DNA from: Nemertoderma westbladi
Lineage: Eukaryota; Animalia; Xenacoelomorpha
Assembly (NCBI GenBank): GCA_032718475.1
Contig: JAUCBJ010008614.1
Span: forward strand, 1 to 64,000
DNA: 64,000 nt
Direction: 5' to 3'
This document shows, piece after piece, positions 1 through 13,400 of the stretch. A program made the translations under genes and the position numbers. The notes beneath the pieces are model-generated. The model was given only the letters and a program-made list of their open reading frames with translations, was not told the origin of the DNA and did not search any database. Positions within the stretch are counted from its first letter, which is position 1. Each line of letters starts with the position of its first letter.

Positions 1-533
1 AATAATACAGTAGGCTTGACCGCAAATAAATTTAAGCCCACGAATCCAGTCTCCCGGTGTTATAAACGGGTCATTTGGACGCGCATGGACTGGCTTCGGC
101 TAATGTTTTTGGTTTGTTTTTGTATTAAATCTTGTCATCTTATAAAAGGCAGTTTATCAATAAAGACATATAAATTTCGGCAGGTTAAACTGCTGAAGGT
201 CTATAAAAGCGCGTACACCCCCCCCCCCCCCCCCCCCCCCCCTGGACACTCATAAGGTCTCACCTTAAACTGTAGTTTCCCTGTAACTTATGCGATGTAT
301 TTATTATAATTACTGGTCGTCATTTAATCCTACGATATTTAATCTTCCGACGTGTTACTGTAGTAGACTTTCAAAATAACTATTATCTACTGTGCTGTAT
401 GTTGTTTCTATATTTTATTCAAAGTCCTATTATGGTGATGGTGTATTGTAGGATGAATTTCCCGCTATTTATCTTTGTGTTAGCGGCCCATAACTCATCT
501 ACAGTAACGTGAACAGCCATGAAAATCATATGA

Positions 534-731
534 TGGTATTGACAGTTGGGAGGCCATGAGGAGGTAATTGCGGACATACAAGGTATCATATAGTATTTCC
601 AGGTCTATCTTTTACCTGAGCCGCTAGCTGAATGGTTATAGCGTCACACTTCCAACTCGGAGGTCACCAGTTCGATCCCACCTGGACGTCATTGCCGACT
701 TCGCAAAAGCTGTGCCCAACAAAAAGTTATA
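534..731 (+). repeat. Dispersed ~200 bp repeat with an internal tRNA-like module (family A)
   Basis: About 85 bp conserved leader, then gccgctagctgaatggtta...agttcgatccc; other copies at 7137-7331, 26456-26555, 26561-26760 and 29270-29412. Confidence 0.85.
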
Positions 732-842
732 ATAATATGAAACCATTCATTCACCTATAACACCAATATTAAACTATGAAAATCCTGACCGGTGTCTCAA
801 CTTCACATTTCCTATCCTGCCCAAGCCGACTGTCATATAATG

Positions 843-1171
843 GAATGCTGCGCCGGGTTCATTGTGTCAAGTCAGACTCTATACAGCGTTGGAGGTGTTC
901 CATTAACCTCCCCTAGCTTAACACTAGAACAAAGCCGCCTCCGCTTTGCAGGCCATTGCTTTCGCCGTGAGACCAGCCAGTGTATAATCTTGTGCCCCCA
1001 TGGCGCCCCCATGGAGCGAATAAGCATGGTGTAAAGCCCATGACTTTCTTGGGGATCTTAGAGTCATCTTAAAGGTCACTGGCCTTGAAAATTCGAATGA
1101 TCTAGCAAATTTTATGGGTGATAGGGTTTTGTGGCGGCGCAATTTTGTCGACAAGACGGCACAGCATTCTT
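843..1171 (+). mobile_element. RTE-like LINE 3' end fragment
   Basis: RLRFAGHCFRR and M.DR..WR motifs; near-duplicate at 63661-64000. Confidence 0.75.
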
Positions 1172-2681
1172 AATATATATGTAATATATATATATATAAT
1201 GCAGCTGCAATGCAGCCTGCCGGTGATAGTTAACAGTGTTAACACCATAATATTATATCAATAACACAATAGCCTCAGGGTTCTGGCCGCCCTTCTTACA
1301 AGCAGCAGTAGTAACAAAACAGTAACAAAACCAGTATGAATACAGATTGCAAAAGCAGTTTCCCACAGAGTATTTCGTTTTAAGATCGTGCGCTAACAAC
1401 TGCGTGAAAATTACAGATGTAGGGGTAGGAAAGTGGCACAGAATTGATATAAATGTAAGCGAATTCCTCTGAATGGTCAAAAAACCGCTTTATCTCTCAG
1501 GCTATTGTGTGGAGAAAATGTGAAGAGAAAAATTGTTTCAAACTTATTTTATTACATTGATGTTATTTTGGTGGGGGATCATTCAATAAGGCCTGCAATA
1601 TTATTACATTATAACGTAAATGCAAACCAACCAATGCGAAGTCAGCTCTGTGTGACCTTAATTAACACCTAGTGCATATCGAACTATCGTAATGTCTGCC
1701 CGCAGGAAGAGACCACGAAGTATTTACCGGTAACATCGAAACCGAAACTTAATAAAATTCAATCAAGTTTAATTAAAGCTTACACTTCGCATTGGTTGAT
1801 ATAGGCTAAATTCGAATTTAGTGCGATATATTATTATTTCTGATGTATTGTTTGAAATTATCGTCCGAAATTTCAATAAATTTATGTTTCTAATACGAAA
1901 TTTTATAACTATATACTGTATTACGGAAGCCTGGAAGGATCTCATTTCCACTGTCCGAGTTCGCTCGACCTAGTAGTAGTAGTAGTAGTAGTAGTATTAC
2001 GTGGAATACGAATACGTTTTTTCTAGTTGACTCCGAGATGTATCGGCAAAATTTACCGAGCGAGTTTGTTAGTGAGTCGAGTTAGTTTAATGCCCTTGAG
2101 GGGAAAAATCTTAGGAAAAAAATAATTTATTTTCCATATATAATATTTATATTATATTATTATTATTATTATATTATATTTTATTATTATAATATACATA
2201 ATATTTCCTTATCATCACCCTTGACCCGCTTATGACTATAGAACCTCAAGAAACACCCTGGATTCAATCACATTTCGCATTTGCTAGTTAGCAGAAGAAC
2301 ATCACAATTCAGCAGCTATACCTAAAACCGCAACATAGAAATTCTACGAATTATGTTACGAATACATAAAGGACAACTCAATCAGTATAATTATAATAAT
2401 TGAGAACGATTCCGCGTTTAAGGTTATAAAGAGTCAAATGTTACAAACGTGTTAAATGTTACAAAATTTCTCTTTCGAAAATTGCATGTCAAAGGTTACA
2501 AAATAAGAGTTGAAAATTAGCATTGGCGAGTCAAAAGTTACACAATTCAATTACATTACCCAAGTTTTGCAAGAAGTATTTGTTGTTAATTCAGGTCAAT
2601 GGTTACAAATTACGAGTAAATATAAATATGAATTATAGGATATTAATATACTGTTTATACTGTATACTGTAAACTTTATAC

Positions 2682-2989
2682 TGTGGGGCGAGCCACAGAG
2701 TAAGCGAAGCCTTAGCATATGGGTGAAATTGGCGAGTTGTCTGTCGTCGTCGTCTGTCGTCGTAAATTTTTGATCGCTAATAACTCGGTTATTCCTCGAT
2801 GAAATTAAACGAAACTTGGTATGTATGTAGTCCGTCAAAAACGAACGAACGCAACGAGGTACAAGAGGAGGACGAGTATTGTGTTTAAGACTTCTGACTA
2901 ACGGCAGACAACTCGTTAATGGTGCCCATATGCTAAAGGCTTTGCTCACTTCGTGCTGCGCGAAGGCCCCACGTACGTGTACCTTCTAG
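2682..2989 (+). mobile_element. Helitron-associated (HINE/DINE-like) non-autonomous repeat
   Basis: gtggggcgagc...internal (gtc)n microsatellite...gcgaaggccccacgtacgtgta..ctag; related pieces at 39372-39405 (minus), 57104-57310 and 58320-58372. Helitron assignment is inference. Confidence 0.4.
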
Positions 2990-3291
2990 GCTCTACTTAA
3001 GTAATATGTATGTGAGTCTGAGAATGTAGCAAAGGTACATTACAAAGTTAAACAAAGACACAATTAAATCATGAAACAGCACTAGTTTCAGGAAAACTAA
3101 AAATATATATTTAATTTAATTTTGTGTTAAAAAATGTGTAACAAAAAATTTCATATTTGTGTTTTGTGAAATGGATAATATAATTATTAAAAAATTAGCG
3201 GGCTTTCCAATATTTAGAATGCGGCCCAAGCACGGCCCGGCCCGCTGGCTCGCCCGGCCCGTGTCCATCTCTGAGTCAATGGGTAGGCCTA

Positions 3292-4281
3292 AAACTAGAA
3301 AGGCAGCATGCTGGCTATAAGAAGACCGTCTAGAAGACAACAAAACCGAAAAACTAAATGATAATCTAATCCCCCATCAAATATCAATCGCAATCAATAT
3401 GTAAACCCCTCCCTCCATGCAGCCTTGGATAAAGCAGAATTAATGCCATGACCAGTTTGGAGTTCTCAATAGACAACCTACCCCAACCATTGGATTTACT
3501 GAGACTCACTCAACACTCCAACCAGCTTGCTACCTGTCTTCCCAGCTAGCTAGAGTTAAATAATTATACCTTAACGTTGCTATGATACAGAGAATCCTTC
3601 CCCATTCACTACCATAGGCAAAGTTGAGGCTGCTTGAGGGGATATTACATATTTATACACTATTTAATTTTTAATCAATAAATAATTTCATACATCTTTA
3701 TATTAAACACTCGAATAAAATAAAAACTTTGTGAGAATGGGACACGGCGAATCGACCTGTGCTATTTTTATACAGCGTGAGCTTAATTTTACACGCTTAA
3801 ATAATTAATAACCCAAATAATCGATACATTTCTTTGTATAGTTGGCCACGAAGTAGAGCACTTCTTACCCTTGCCTTCCAAGCCAATATCAATGTGCACA
3901 AACAAACATACATACATACACCCCTACAGACGTTTTTTTGACAGCCTGGCGGTCTTCTAATTATACACTATGATACTGGCTACAGCCTGACACCTGAGCA
4001 CTAAATATACTATACTAACTAGAAAGCCAGCAAGCTGGCTATAAGAAGACCGTCTATAAGACAGCAAAACCGAAAAACTAAATGATAATCTAATCCCCAA
4101 TCAAATATCAATCGCAATCAATATGTAAACCCCTCCCACCCTCCATGCAAGCCTTGGAGAAAGCAGTATTAATGAAGTAGAGCACTTCTTTCCCTTCCAA
4201 GCCAATATCAGTGTGCACAAACATACAGACAAACACACAGACGTTTTTTTTTGACAGCAAGAAGCCCTGACGGTCTTCTAA
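3292..4281. repeat. Local direct duplication
   Basis: 3292-3445 and 3850-3962 recur joined together at 4017-4281. Confidence 0.8.
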
Positions 4282-5137
4282 TAATATAATATTCCCCAAA
4301 TTTAGCCGTTGAAGGTGAAATGGGTTGTGCTTGTAGTCAGCAGCGACATGATATATCCATTGTAAGGTTATGGAACAGACTCATATTTGAATGGATGACA
4401 GACGGGTTGAAATTCGTGCAATTTTTGATTTGGTAGGTTATGGAACAACATAATTTCTAGGGTGTTCGGACACTTCCCCCCGGACAGTTCCCCCCCCCCC
4501 CCCCCCGCTCAAAGAGGACACTTCCCCCCCGGACACTTCCCCCCCCCCAGACACTTCCCCCCCGACTGTTCTTAACTTCGCACATTCGTATTTTTCATTT
4601 TGTAAGGTAAACGGACCGCTTGTATCCAGATAAGTTGTATCCAATTTTCCTTTCGTAGCTCAGAAAGTGACCTTTTGCATCCCGATTTTACATTTTATAT
4701 CCAAGTTTTATTTATGGGTTTTATCAATGCAATTACATCGTATTGTTTGCTAATCTTTAAACAATTAATTATTGGTTTTAATTATTGGTATTATTATCTA
4801 ATTGTTTCTTCAAATTGTAGCAGATGGGGATGAATATTATTGTTGCAAGCAAAATTATACCTCTCCAGGGTAAAATCGACATGCGTCGACCTGTATTCTG
4901 TGTTCAGCATTACATATTGATATACATATTACTACTATACATACTATATAGATATTATACACACTACATATTAAATTTCCTGGTTACTTGCAATATTTTT
5001 AATTAATTTGGTTAACATTCAATACAGCTCCTACTTTAGGCTTAGTCAATTTATTATCTGATGATACAAACATGAATTAATTATTTCAAAATGGTCTTTT
5101 AAGTATTCCTTCCACCACGGGCACTCAGGGAAATGCC

Positions 5138-5270
5138 GGGGTCTGGGGGCGATAACCCCCAAGAAAAGAAGCGGGGGTTTGGGGGCGGCAGACCCCAAGA
5201 AAAGAAGCGGGGGTTTGGGGGCGGTAGCCCCCAAGAAAAGAAGCAGGGGTTTGGGGGCGGCAGTCCCCAA
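5138..5270. repeat. 39 bp G-rich tandem repeat, about 3.5 copies
   Basis: ggggtttgggggcggcagcccccaagaaaagaagc units. Confidence 0.85.
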
Positions 5271-6145
5271 TTAAAAGAAAAACAAACAAAATTTGACTAT
5301 GCTGCTTGTGATGTATATTTCTTCAGTGGTCAGTGGCTTAAAAAGGTGCCTGAAAACCTAAGTTTAGAACCTACCGTAATTTTAAGAGCTCTTTTAACAC
5401 AGAAGAATATGTTAAATATCATGTATTACATAGGAATCAATCTGGTATATTTGTTGCTCGAGGAAGGGGGGGGGGGGGTGGACGTAAATCCCATCTTGGC
5501 GAATTAATATCCCGCCTCAATGTTAAATTCTCAATTTAGGGAAAGGAACAGGTTACAGTGGCACGTTATTTTAACCAAAACAATAAACTAACCACAATAG
5601 TTACAGTTTTATTTTTGAGCTATCAGCTGTTATTTGCGTCGAATTTCCCCTGGAGAGGGATGGATTTTGATTGCGTCGTTTCGATTGAGTCCCCCTTATC
5701 TGATTTGCTCAGGTTCGATCTGGTGTATTGCCGCTTAATATTGAGGTAGGTATAGGTATCAAAATAATAAAAAGGTTGAAGAACGACTATATAATTTCCG
5801 TAGCTTAAAAATTTGGTTGAAGAAGTTTATTTGGTTTGTGAGTGCTCTGCTTATGAGATTTTTCTAGAACGTATGGCTGTTGATTGTAATAATTTAAATG
5901 GTTTAGATAGGTTTAAATTTCTAATGTTGGATAGGCATTAGACAAATAGCTTCGGCAAAATAGATTAGTAAAATGTAGTCTTTTAGACTGTATTTTATCT
6001 ATTAGACATTATCTTCATTATCGATGCAGTAATATTATATTTCCTATTGTGTAGTTTATATTGTTTATATGTTGACACATCAGAACATTTTATATGTGCG
6101 CTTTCTGTTAGTTGTATAGGTGGGGGTGTTCTTGTTATTGAATTG

Positions 6146-6577
6146 ATCACTATGGCAAACGTTAGAGACCTATACCCCACAAAAAAATATATACACTCAG
6201 GACAATAGGCCCTAAAATTAGTGTCTAGGCCACTAGGGCCATCAAAAACAAACAAAAACACATAAACACAAAATAAACTAAAACCAAACATACTACAATG
6301 CTCAACACACAGGTGGAGCAATATACAGAAATGAGGCCAAAACAAACAAAAAAGTGAGAACATGGTGTAATTCCATTTCTATTGAATAAAATCTCATGAA
6401 ATAAAATGTTACAGGTAGACATTTTCATCAGGAATCTAGGAAACCATGTTTGCTAAGCGCTATTTTGTTTGTTTTTGATGGCCCTAGTGGCTTAAATACA
6501 AATTTTATGGCCTAGTGTCCTGAGTGTATAAAAAATGTTTTGTGGGGTATAAGACTCTAACGTTTGCCATAGTGATC
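6146..6577. mobile_element. MITE-like hairpin element downstream of the METTL3 stop
   Basis: gatcactatggcaaacgttagag...ggccatcaaaaacaaacaaaa is inverted at 6462-6577. Confidence 0.8.
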
Positions 6578-6862
6578 ATAGTGAATGTGAAATATTATGG
6601 TTTTGTTCAGAAATGGAAAAAATGAGAATGCGCGACACCGGGGGTTGAACCAGCGCTATACGTACGTTTCAGCATATCAGGCCTCATCAGTAGCGCTTGC
6701 CCCTGACAATCACTCTCCCTCTCCCACCTAATCCACTTCTATTGAACAGGCAGTCGTAGTGATAATTTCTGGTGTTTTGGTTAAAATAAATATATTGATA
6801 ACATGTATAACTGTCCAACGTAATCGTAATAATATTATTAACAACATCATCGTAATATACAG

Positions 6863-7102
6863 TTAAGGTCTCGTCCTATCGGCCTCGGTGACGTCTCCAG
6901 GTACCACACACCGGCCCGTAGTCTCGGTGTTAGCAGCGGGGGTCTCCGGTTTGGGTTTACTGCGTTTCAGACAGTTTCCATCAGGGTACCGCACCTTGAA
7001 CCTGGCCACAACGTCCGGATCCAGGAGTTTCACTCCGTCCAGTTGGTTGCCCAGAGTGATCCAGTTTGGTTGCACATTGTGCTCGCGGCCGAATAACTCG
7101 AC
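6863..7102 (-). CDS. METTL3: METTL3 terminal coding exon 4
   Basis: tattttag|GTC GAG gives VELFGREHNVQPNWITLGNQLDGVKLLDPDVVARFKVRYPDG then stop. Four exons total 1779 nt = 592 aa plus stop. Confidence 0.95.
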   Translation of the reverse strand, partial: VELFGREHNVQPNWITLGNQLDGVKLLDPDVVARFKVRYPDGNCLKRSKPKPETPAANTETTGRCVVPGDVTEADRTRP

Positions 7103-7136
7103 CTAAAATAATAACAGATAATATTAAAATTCATTT

Positions 7137-7331
7137 TTATAACTTTTGTTGGGCACAGCTTGGCAAAGACGGCAATAACGACCTTGTGGCATCGAACTGG
7201 TGACCTCCGGGTTGGTAGTCTGATGTTCTAACCAATCAGCTAGCCGCTCAGGTAAAAGGTAGGCCTGGCAATTAATACTACTTGTATGTCCGCAATTTAC
7301 CGCCTCATGGCCCCCCATCTGACAATACCAT
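7137..7331 (-). repeat. Family A tRNA-like repeat next to the METTL3 exon 4 acceptor
   Basis: Reverse-complement similarity to 534-731. Confidence 0.85.
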
Positions 7332-7354
7332 CATCTGCCGCCACTGTGCGCAAC

Positions 7355-8760
7355 CCTTTTTAGTTCATTTTTGTAAGCTGCAAGTGAGTTCCCGATGCGA
7401 AGAATGCGTGGTAAACTATTAAAAACTGTGGGAGCGGCATAAGTAAACGATCGATCACCTAACGACTTGTAGAAGGTTGATGGTACGATCAAAGTTTTTT
7501 CCCTATTGACTGCGATAATCTTTGAGTTTTCTAAGATTAAATCAGTTAGATACTCAGGCGCCTGCATATTTAAACATTTTCAACAGAAGAGTAAAGCTAG
7601 TTTATACTCGATCCTGTATCGTACAGGTAACCAGTGCAGTTCCCGTAATAGCGAGTTATGTGGCTTCTCGTTGGTTTTCTGAACACGAGACGGGCGCAGC
7701 TGTTTAATATCAATTGCAATCGTTGAATCAAATTATCCGGTATACGATAAAGTAACAAGTTACAGTAGTCTAATTTAGACAGTAGTATCAGCGCTGTGAT
7801 TAATCTCACCGTTTGTGCCTCAACTGATTAATCTCACCGTTTGTTCCTCACTGATTAATCTCACCGTTTGTGCCTCTCTGATTGTGCCTCAACTGATTAA
7901 TCTCACCGTTTGTTCCTCACTGATTAATCTCACCGTTTGTGCCTCTCTGATTAATCTCACCGTTTGTGCCTCTCTGATTAATCTCACCGTTTGTTCCTCA
8001 CTGATTAATCTCACCGTTTGTGCCTCACTGATTAATCTCATCGTTTGTGCCTAACTGATTAATCTCACCGTTTGTGCCTAACTGATTAATCTCACCGTTT
8101 GTGCCTCACTGATTTATCTCATCGTTTCTGCCCCACTCAGATATTTTCTGATCCTTTAGATATTTCGCAATTGGTAGTTCGGTGATATTGACAAATACCT
8201 GTTATTCCATATTCATTTTACTATCGAAGAATTAACCCAGCGTCTTCAACCAACAACCTTGTTTCGAAAAACGAGTTTCGGCAACACGCCAGAATCTATT
8301 TTGTGAGTTTGTAGTGGTTTGTAATGAACATAAAGTCTGTATTGCGACTATTTAGCATCAAGTTTGAATAAGTCATTCAGTTTTCCAAGCCATTAATCTT
8401 TGGTATAATCTTTGTAGCAATAGTGCTTAATTCATCATCATCAAATATGAAGTAGAGCTTGGTATCGATAAGTATATCCAAAGTGAGTCCATCTCGATGG
8501 GTGTCCTACCCAGGACCAATAACTCGCTGAATTAAATTTAATTCGGATAAGCACTTTCCAAATGATTTGGTAAATGATAATTCTGGACAATCATACCAAA
8601 AATTAAAATCTCCAACTACCAAAATATGATTGGATTTTGCATATAATGAAAATAAATATGCATAAATTTCCTCCAGAAATAAGTTTTTTCTCTCTCCGGT
8701 GTTTGGTTAATAGGCGAACTTGGGCGATAAATTACAGCTAATGTTAACGATGTAGCCGTA
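7355..8760 (-). mobile_element. Internally deleted L2/CR1-type LINE fragment in METTL3 intron 3
   Basis: Endonuclease remnant (ILVVGDFNF, THRDGLTLDIL) joined to RT C-terminus (SKLDYCNLLLY, QAPEYLTDL, LGDRSFTYAAPTVFNSLP). Confidence 0.85.
7795..8130. repeat. 27 bp tandem repeat (about 12 copies) expanded inside the LINE fragment
   Basis: Unit ctgattaatctcaccgtttgtgcctca, equal to LINE codons EAQTVRLIS on the minus strand. Confidence 0.9.
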
Positions 8761-9049
8761 CATTGTTACTTGTTTTGCATATTTCCAAGTTTATTTCTGT
8801 GAACTATGTCTAAATTATATCTCATTTTAAACGGTTATTTCTCATTTAAAAAAAAATCAAATTGACATAAATAAAATTGCACAATTTGCAAGGTTAATGA
8901 TTCATTAATGATAAAATCTTAATAAAATCTTAATAAAATCAAGATAGGTTAAAATCGTGACACCCAGCATTTGGTTATACGTTATTAAAAATTACGTTTA
9001 AAAATCACTAAATTAAAATCACGCATAGAAGAAATATGTGTAGTCACCT

Positions 9050-9600
9050 TATACAATGTTGAAATAGGGTAGTATACGTTCTCGCTTGGTCTCAAATGAA
9101 CATGACATCCCAAGACAGTCTAAAACGAAATATTTCTTAATTTGCTCTGCCAATGTCAGGGACCCTATTCCCAAGCGTGATAGTAAGTTAGTTTTGCTAT
9201 ACTCTGAATTAAAAATAGTTAGCGATGGCATCGAGAAACTATGCAAACATTTGTTGTAGACACTCCCTCCCCATGTCCAGATAATTTCACCTTTGAGTAT
9301 ACTGTGAGTGTTCTCAATGTGCTTTGAAGAGGGATACTGGGACATGTTTTTGATCGAAACACTGTCCGAAAACTTCACTGATAATGTTCGGCATCCAAAA
9401 AGTTCGTATAAAATCTGGTTAAAGTCACATAAGGACCCAGGTGCAATAGACCACGCAGAGTATTACGGTAGTATACCTCAAGCTCATTCATCTCAGCTTT
9501 AGTTAACGCCCCCACTATGTATTTGACCGTGTATTGTATGGTGGGTACACGAAACGTGCGCCAAAGGTAGCCCAATGTATCGCAGTCCAGCCATCGAACT
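9050..9600 (-). mobile_element. Degraded non-LTR retrotransposon C-terminal fragment
   Basis: LWRTFRVPTIQY...LTKAEMNELEVYYRNTLRGLL resembles the post-RT region of RTE-type LINEs; frameshifted. Confidence 0.4.
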
Positions 9601-10060
9601 GTCCAACAATTACGGTGAAAAAACTCTGATATAGAGGACAGAGGTAATGGTCAGGAAACAATCTGTATAGTCTTCCCCCACATTTAATAGGAACGCTTAC
9701 GAACGTACCACTAGGAACGTAAGAGTCTTGTGGGGCTACTAGTGCGCCGCCAGCTCTCAGAATTACATATCAATACTACATTTGAAAAATTTGTCGAAAT
9801 CGTCAGAATCGTTGTCGCCTTCTTCGCTACCCAACATTTTAATATTTACGGTCAGATGGTAGCAGTATAACAGAGTACAAATTAGTTTAGTTTGATTACA
9901 ACGGCTGCCCAGGCATTGAATATACCAATACAAGCAACAGTCTCATCAGTATTCTAGACCCAATTTATCCAATTACAATCACTCTGACAGTGGGGAAATA
10001 ATGTGTCAATCACTACATTACTACAATACAATCCCCTCTATTGTTAATAAGACAACCTAC

Positions 10061-10379
10061 CTTACGGGACCCGGGACTCAATCTCTCAATAATCCCGTAG
10101 ATTTCGTCCGGTTTGTGCGAGGTATCCCGGACTTCCGATACGAGGATATCGCAGTCGATGCCCCTGTTAAACACGTCGGTGTCGACGTTTCCCTTAACCC
10201 CGACGATGCAATGTTCCTTGCCGTGGTTCAACCAATGCCCCGTCCGTCCCGTACGAATTAGTCGTTGTAACTGGTTCGTTTTAACCCAAATAAGTTCGTC
10301 GCAACGTTTATAACCCCACAGTCGCAGGCATTCCCTGCCTAATTCCATTGCTCTACCCGTTACCCATAGGAATAGATAT
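10061..10379 (-). CDS. METTL3: METTL3 coding exon 3 (MT-A70 domain)
   Basis: tctccttag|A TAT CTA gives (G)[18 protein letters not shown]...[27 protein letters not shown]...[20 protein letters not shown]|gtaggt; phase matches exons 2 and 4. Confidence 0.96.
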
Positions 10380-10445
10380 CTAAGGAGATAATTAATAATA
10401 AGTGCATGCAGGTTAGTGTTGGGTTTAGGGAATGAGGGGTTTAGG

Positions 10446-13400
10446 GGTGGGATTAACTAACCCGTCGTCCTGTACACTGGGTGGGTAGGATTAACTAACC
10501 GGTCGTCCTGTTGACTGGGTGGGTAGGATTAACTAACCCGCCGTCAAGAAGACTGGGTGGGTGTGACTAACTAACCCGTCGTCCTATAGACTGTGTGGGT
10601 GAGACTAACTAACCGGTCGTCCTGTAGACTGGGTGGGTGGGACTAACTAACCCCTCGTCCTATAGACTGGGTGGGTGTGACTAACTAAACCGTCGTCCTA
10701 TAGACTGTGTGGGTGAGACTAACTAACCCGTCGTCCTGTAGACTGGGTGGGTGGGACTAACTAACCCGTCGTCCTGTAGACTGGGTGGGTGGGACTAACT
10801 AACCCGCCGTCAAGAAGACTGGGTGGGTGTGACTAACTAACCCGTCGTCCTATAGACTGTGTGGGTGAGACTAACTAACCCGTCGTCCTGTTGACTGGGT
10901 GGGTGGGACTAACTAACCCGTCGTCCTGTAGACTGGGTGGGTGGGACTAACTAACCCGTCGTCCTATAGACTGTGTGGGTGAGACTAACTAACCCGTCGT
11001 CCTGTAGACTGGGTGGGTGGGACTAACTAACCCGTCGTCCTGTAGACTGGGTGGGTGGGACTAACTAACCCGCCGTCAAGAAGACTGGGTGGGTGTGACT
11101 AACTAACCCGTCGTCCTATAGACTGTGTGGGTGAGACTAACTAACCCGTCGTCCTGTTGACTGGGTGGGTGGGACTAACTAACCCGTCGTCCTGTAGACT
11201 GGGTGGGTGGGACTAACTAACCCGTCGTCCTATAGACTGTGTGGGTGAGACTAACTAACCCGTCGTCCTGTAGACTGGGTGGGTGTGACTAACTAACCCG
11301 CCGTCAAGAAGACTGGGTGGGTGTGACTAACTAACCCGTCGTCCTATAGACTGTGTGGGTGAGACTAACTAACCCGTCGTCCTGTAGACTGGGTGGGTGG
11401 GACTAACTAACCCGTCGTCCTGTAGACTGGGTGGGTGTGACTAACTAACCCCTCGTCCTATAGACTGGGTGGGTGTGACTAACTAACCCGTCGTCCTGTA
11501 GACTGGGTGGGTGTGACTAACTAACCCGTCGTCCTGTAGACTGGGTGGGTGGGATTAACTAACCCGTCGTCCTATAGACTGGGTGGGTGTGACTAACTAA
11601 CCCGTCGTCCTGTAGACTGGGTGGGTGGGACTAACTAACCCGCCGTCAAGAAGACTGGGTGGGTGTGACTAACTAACCCGTCGTCCTGTAGACTGGGTGG
11701 GTGTGACTAACTAACCCGTCGTCCTGTAGACTGGGTGGGTGTGACTAACTAACCCGTCGTCCTGTAGACTGGGTGGGAGTGACTAACTAACCCGTCGTCC
11801 TGTAGACTGGGTGGGTGGGACTAACAAACCCGTCGTCCTATAGACTGGGTGGGTGAGACTAACTAAGCCGTCGTCCTGTAGACTGGGTGGGTGAGACTAA
11901 CTAACCCGTCGTCCTGTAGACTGGGTGGGTGGGACTAACTAACCCGTCGTCCTGTAGACTGGGTGGGTGTGACTAACTAACCCGTCGTCCTGTAGACTGG
12001 GTGGGTGTGACTAACTAACCCGCCGTCAAGAAGACTGGGTGGGTGTGACTAACTAACCCGTCGTCCTGTAGACTGGGTGGGTGAGACTAACTAACCCGTC
12101 GTCCTGTAGACTGGGTGGGTGTGACTAACTAACCCGTCGTCCTGTAGACTGGGTGGGTGGGACTAACTAACCCGTCGTCCTATAGACTGGGTGGAACTAA
12201 CTAAGCCGTCGTCCTGTAGACTGGGTGGGCGAGACTAACTAACCCGTCGTCCGGTAGACTTGGTGGGACTAACTAACCCGTCGTCCTTTAGACTGGGTGG
12301 GTGTGACTAACTAACCCGTCGTCCTGTAGACTGGGTGGGTGTGACTAACTAACCCGTCGTCATGTAGACTGGGTGGGTGGGACTAACTAACCCCTCGTCC
12401 TATAGACTGGGTGGGTGTGACTAACTAACCCGTCGTCCTGTAGACTGGGTGGGTGTGACTAACTAACCCGTCGTCCTGTAGACTGGGTGGGTGGGACTAA
12501 CTAACCCGTCGTCCTATAGACTGGGTGGGACTAACTAAGCCGTCGTCCTGTAGACTGGGTGGGCGAGACTAACTAACCCGTCGTCCGGTAGACTTGGTGG
12601 GACTAACTAACCCGTCGTCCTTTAGACTGGGTGGGTGTGGCTAACTAACCCGTCGTCCTGTAGACTGGGTGGGTGTGACTAACTAACCCGTCGTCCTGTA
12701 GACTGGGTGGGACTAACTAACCCGTCGTCCTGTAGACTTGGTGGGACTAACTAACCCGTCGTCCTGTAGACTGGGTGGGCGAGACTAACTAACCCGTCGT
12801 CCTGTAGACTGGGTGGGTGGGATTAACTAACCCGTCGTCCTGTAGACTGGGTGGGTGTGACTAACTAACCCGTCGTCCTGTAGACTGGGTGGGACTAACT
12901 AACCCGTCGTCAAGAAGACTGGGTGGGTGTGACTAACTAACCCGTCGTCCTATAGACTGTGTGGGTGAGACTAACTAACCGGTCGTCCTGTAGACTGGGT
13001 GGGTGGGACTAACTAACCCCTCGTCCTATAGACTGGGTGGGTGTGACTAACTAAACCGTCGTCCTATAGACTGTGTGGGTGAGACTAACTAACCCGTCGT
13101 CCTGTAGACTGGGTGGGTGGGACTAACTAACCCGTCGTCCTGTAGACTGGGTGGGTGGGACTAACTAACCCGCCGTCAAGAAGACTGGGTGGGTGTGACT
13201 AACTAACCCGTCGTCCTATAGACTGTGTGGGTGAGACTAACTAACCCGTCGTCCTGTTGACTGGGTGGGTGGGACTAACTAACCCGTCGTCCTGTAGACT
13301 GGGTGGGTGGGACTAACTAACCCGTCGTCCTATAGACTGTGTGGGTGAGACTAACTAACCCGTCGTCCTGTAGACTGGGTGGGTGTGACTAACTAACCCG

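Noticed and set aside
5046-5507. GFGGG / APKPPLL repeat ORFs
   Set aside because: Derived from a 39-bp tandem repeat running into AT-rich non-coding sequence.
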